DNA of 64,000 bases from Octopus sinensis. Taxonomy: Eukaryota. How positions within the stretch are numbered: the first letter of the stretch is position 1; the number at the start of each line of letters is the position of its first letter. The notes under the pieces are model-generated. The model saw only the letters and a program-made list of their open reading frames with translations, ran no database searches and was not told where the DNA came from. The DNA lies in contig NC_043019.1 of the NCBI RefSeq assembly GCF_006345805.1, forward strand, positions 20,025,360-20,089,359, given 5' to 3'. Below, piece by piece: positions 62,932 to 64,000 of this stretch. Position numbers and translations under genes: made by a program.

Positions 62932-63024
62932 CTGATGTGCCATGAACATTAACTTTTGGCTGTTTTCCAAGGAGCAGGAACCACAGGCCATGGTTTGGAC
63001 AGCATTCAAACCTGGTGGAGCAAC
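62932..63024 (-). CDS. ABAT: 4-aminobutyrate aminotransferase-like, first exon visible in window (93 nt)
   Basis: VAPPGLNAVQTMACGSCSLENSQKLMFMAHQ, containing the CGSC motif of GABA-AT. TTTGCAG acceptor, CAG|GTAAGT donor. Confidence 0.92.
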
Positions 63025-63184
63025 CTGCAAATTAAAAACAAAGACAGTGAAACTGTGTTAACATCAAGTGAGTCTGAGTTGAAACCAGAACCCAAGGACA
63101 TTGTTGAAGGTTTGTTTGTGTTCATTGGTTGGCAATAATTAATTCAACAGGATGGGTTAACTACCTTGTAACCAAAGGAATGAC

Positions 63185-63422
63185 TCTCTCTCCCCCACCC
63201 TCCCTCTCTCTCTGTCCCCTCTCCCTTCCCCTCGCCTTCCCTCTCCCTCCTCCTCTCTCTCCCTTCCCCTCGCCTTCCCTCTCCCTCCTCCTCTCTCTCC
63301 CTTCCCCTCGCCTTCCCTCTCCCTCCTCCTCTATCTCCCTTCCCCTCGCCTTCCCTCTCCCTCCTCCTCTCTCTCCCTCCTCCTCTCTCTCCCTCTTCCT
63401 CTCTCTCCCTCCCCCTCTCTCC
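63185..63422. repeat. Polypyrimidine minisatellite, 38-bp unit x ~4
   Basis: The G of the CCCCTCGCC motif recurs at 63234, 63272, 63310 and 63348. Confidence 0.9.
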
Positions 63423-64000
63423 CTGGCTGGTCGTTGCACTGGATCAAAGGTAGGAAGGCCAAGATAGAGCCTTTGTTTGCTCATGACAATATAAGGACAT
63501 TAAACAACTAGTGAAACATCGGACTACATGCTACTGAGTTATCCTTGTTTTGGAGTGAGCAGCTATAAGAATTACAGTAGACAGAGTGTATATATATATA
63601 TATGTGTGTGTGGAGGCGCAATGGCCCAGTGGTTAGGGCAGCAGACTCATGGTAGTAGGATCGCAGTTTTAATTCCCAGACCGGGCGTTGTGAGTGTTTA
63701 TTGAGTGAAAACATCTAAAGCTCCACGAGGCTCCAGCAGGGGATGGTGGCGATCCCTGCTGTACTTTTTCGCCACAACTTTCTCTCACTCTTTCTTCTGT
63801 TGGCCTGCTCGCTTAGCCAGCAGGGTGGCGTCATTTGAAGGCTAAAACAACGTGAAGCGCATTGTGACCAGCGATGTGTAGCAACATCTGATAGCCTGGT
63901 CAGTTACGGTGATCACAGTGATAGATATATATATATGTATGACAGGTTTCTTTCAGTTTTTGTCTACCAAATAAGGCTTTAATCAGAAGACACTTGCCCA

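Noticed and set aside
63161-63484. Arg/Glu/Gly-rich ORF as an upstream ABAT exon
   Set aside because: Translation of the purine-rich minisatellite, with no similarity to the expected upstream ABAT sequence (RPALG...).

Overview
AT-rich, repeat-saturated animal genomic DNA. The SINE families and microsatellite load suggest an octopus or other coleoid cephalopod (inference). Two spliced minus-strand genes could be rebuilt with GT-AG junctions and consistent intron phases. (1) A complete 5-exon TBP-like factor (TRF2/TLF/TBPL1), CDS 35534-17038, 321 aa. (2) The last 8 coding exons (369 aa) of a 4-aminobutyrate aminotransferase (ABAT)-like gene, 63024-48993, whose 5' part appears to lie beyond the right edge. 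Most of the rest is tRNA-derived SINEs of several families, LINE relics (RTE, CR1, Tx1, R4/Dong), Gypsy fragments, Helitrons, piggyBac, hAT and Tc1/mariner elements, and microsatellites. Most ORFs in the supplied track are repeat artefacts. The most notable observations are: a type I hammerhead ribozyme motif in sense orientation in TRF2 intron 1, plus a decayed second one; substitutions at conserved active-site positions of the ABAT-like protein; a SINE that appears to insert into itself at a fixed junction; unusually long (70-230 bp) direct duplications flanking retro-insertions; and two long fold-back hairpins inside introns. No prokaryotic-type systems, CRISPR arrays, rRNA or intact tRNA genes were seen.
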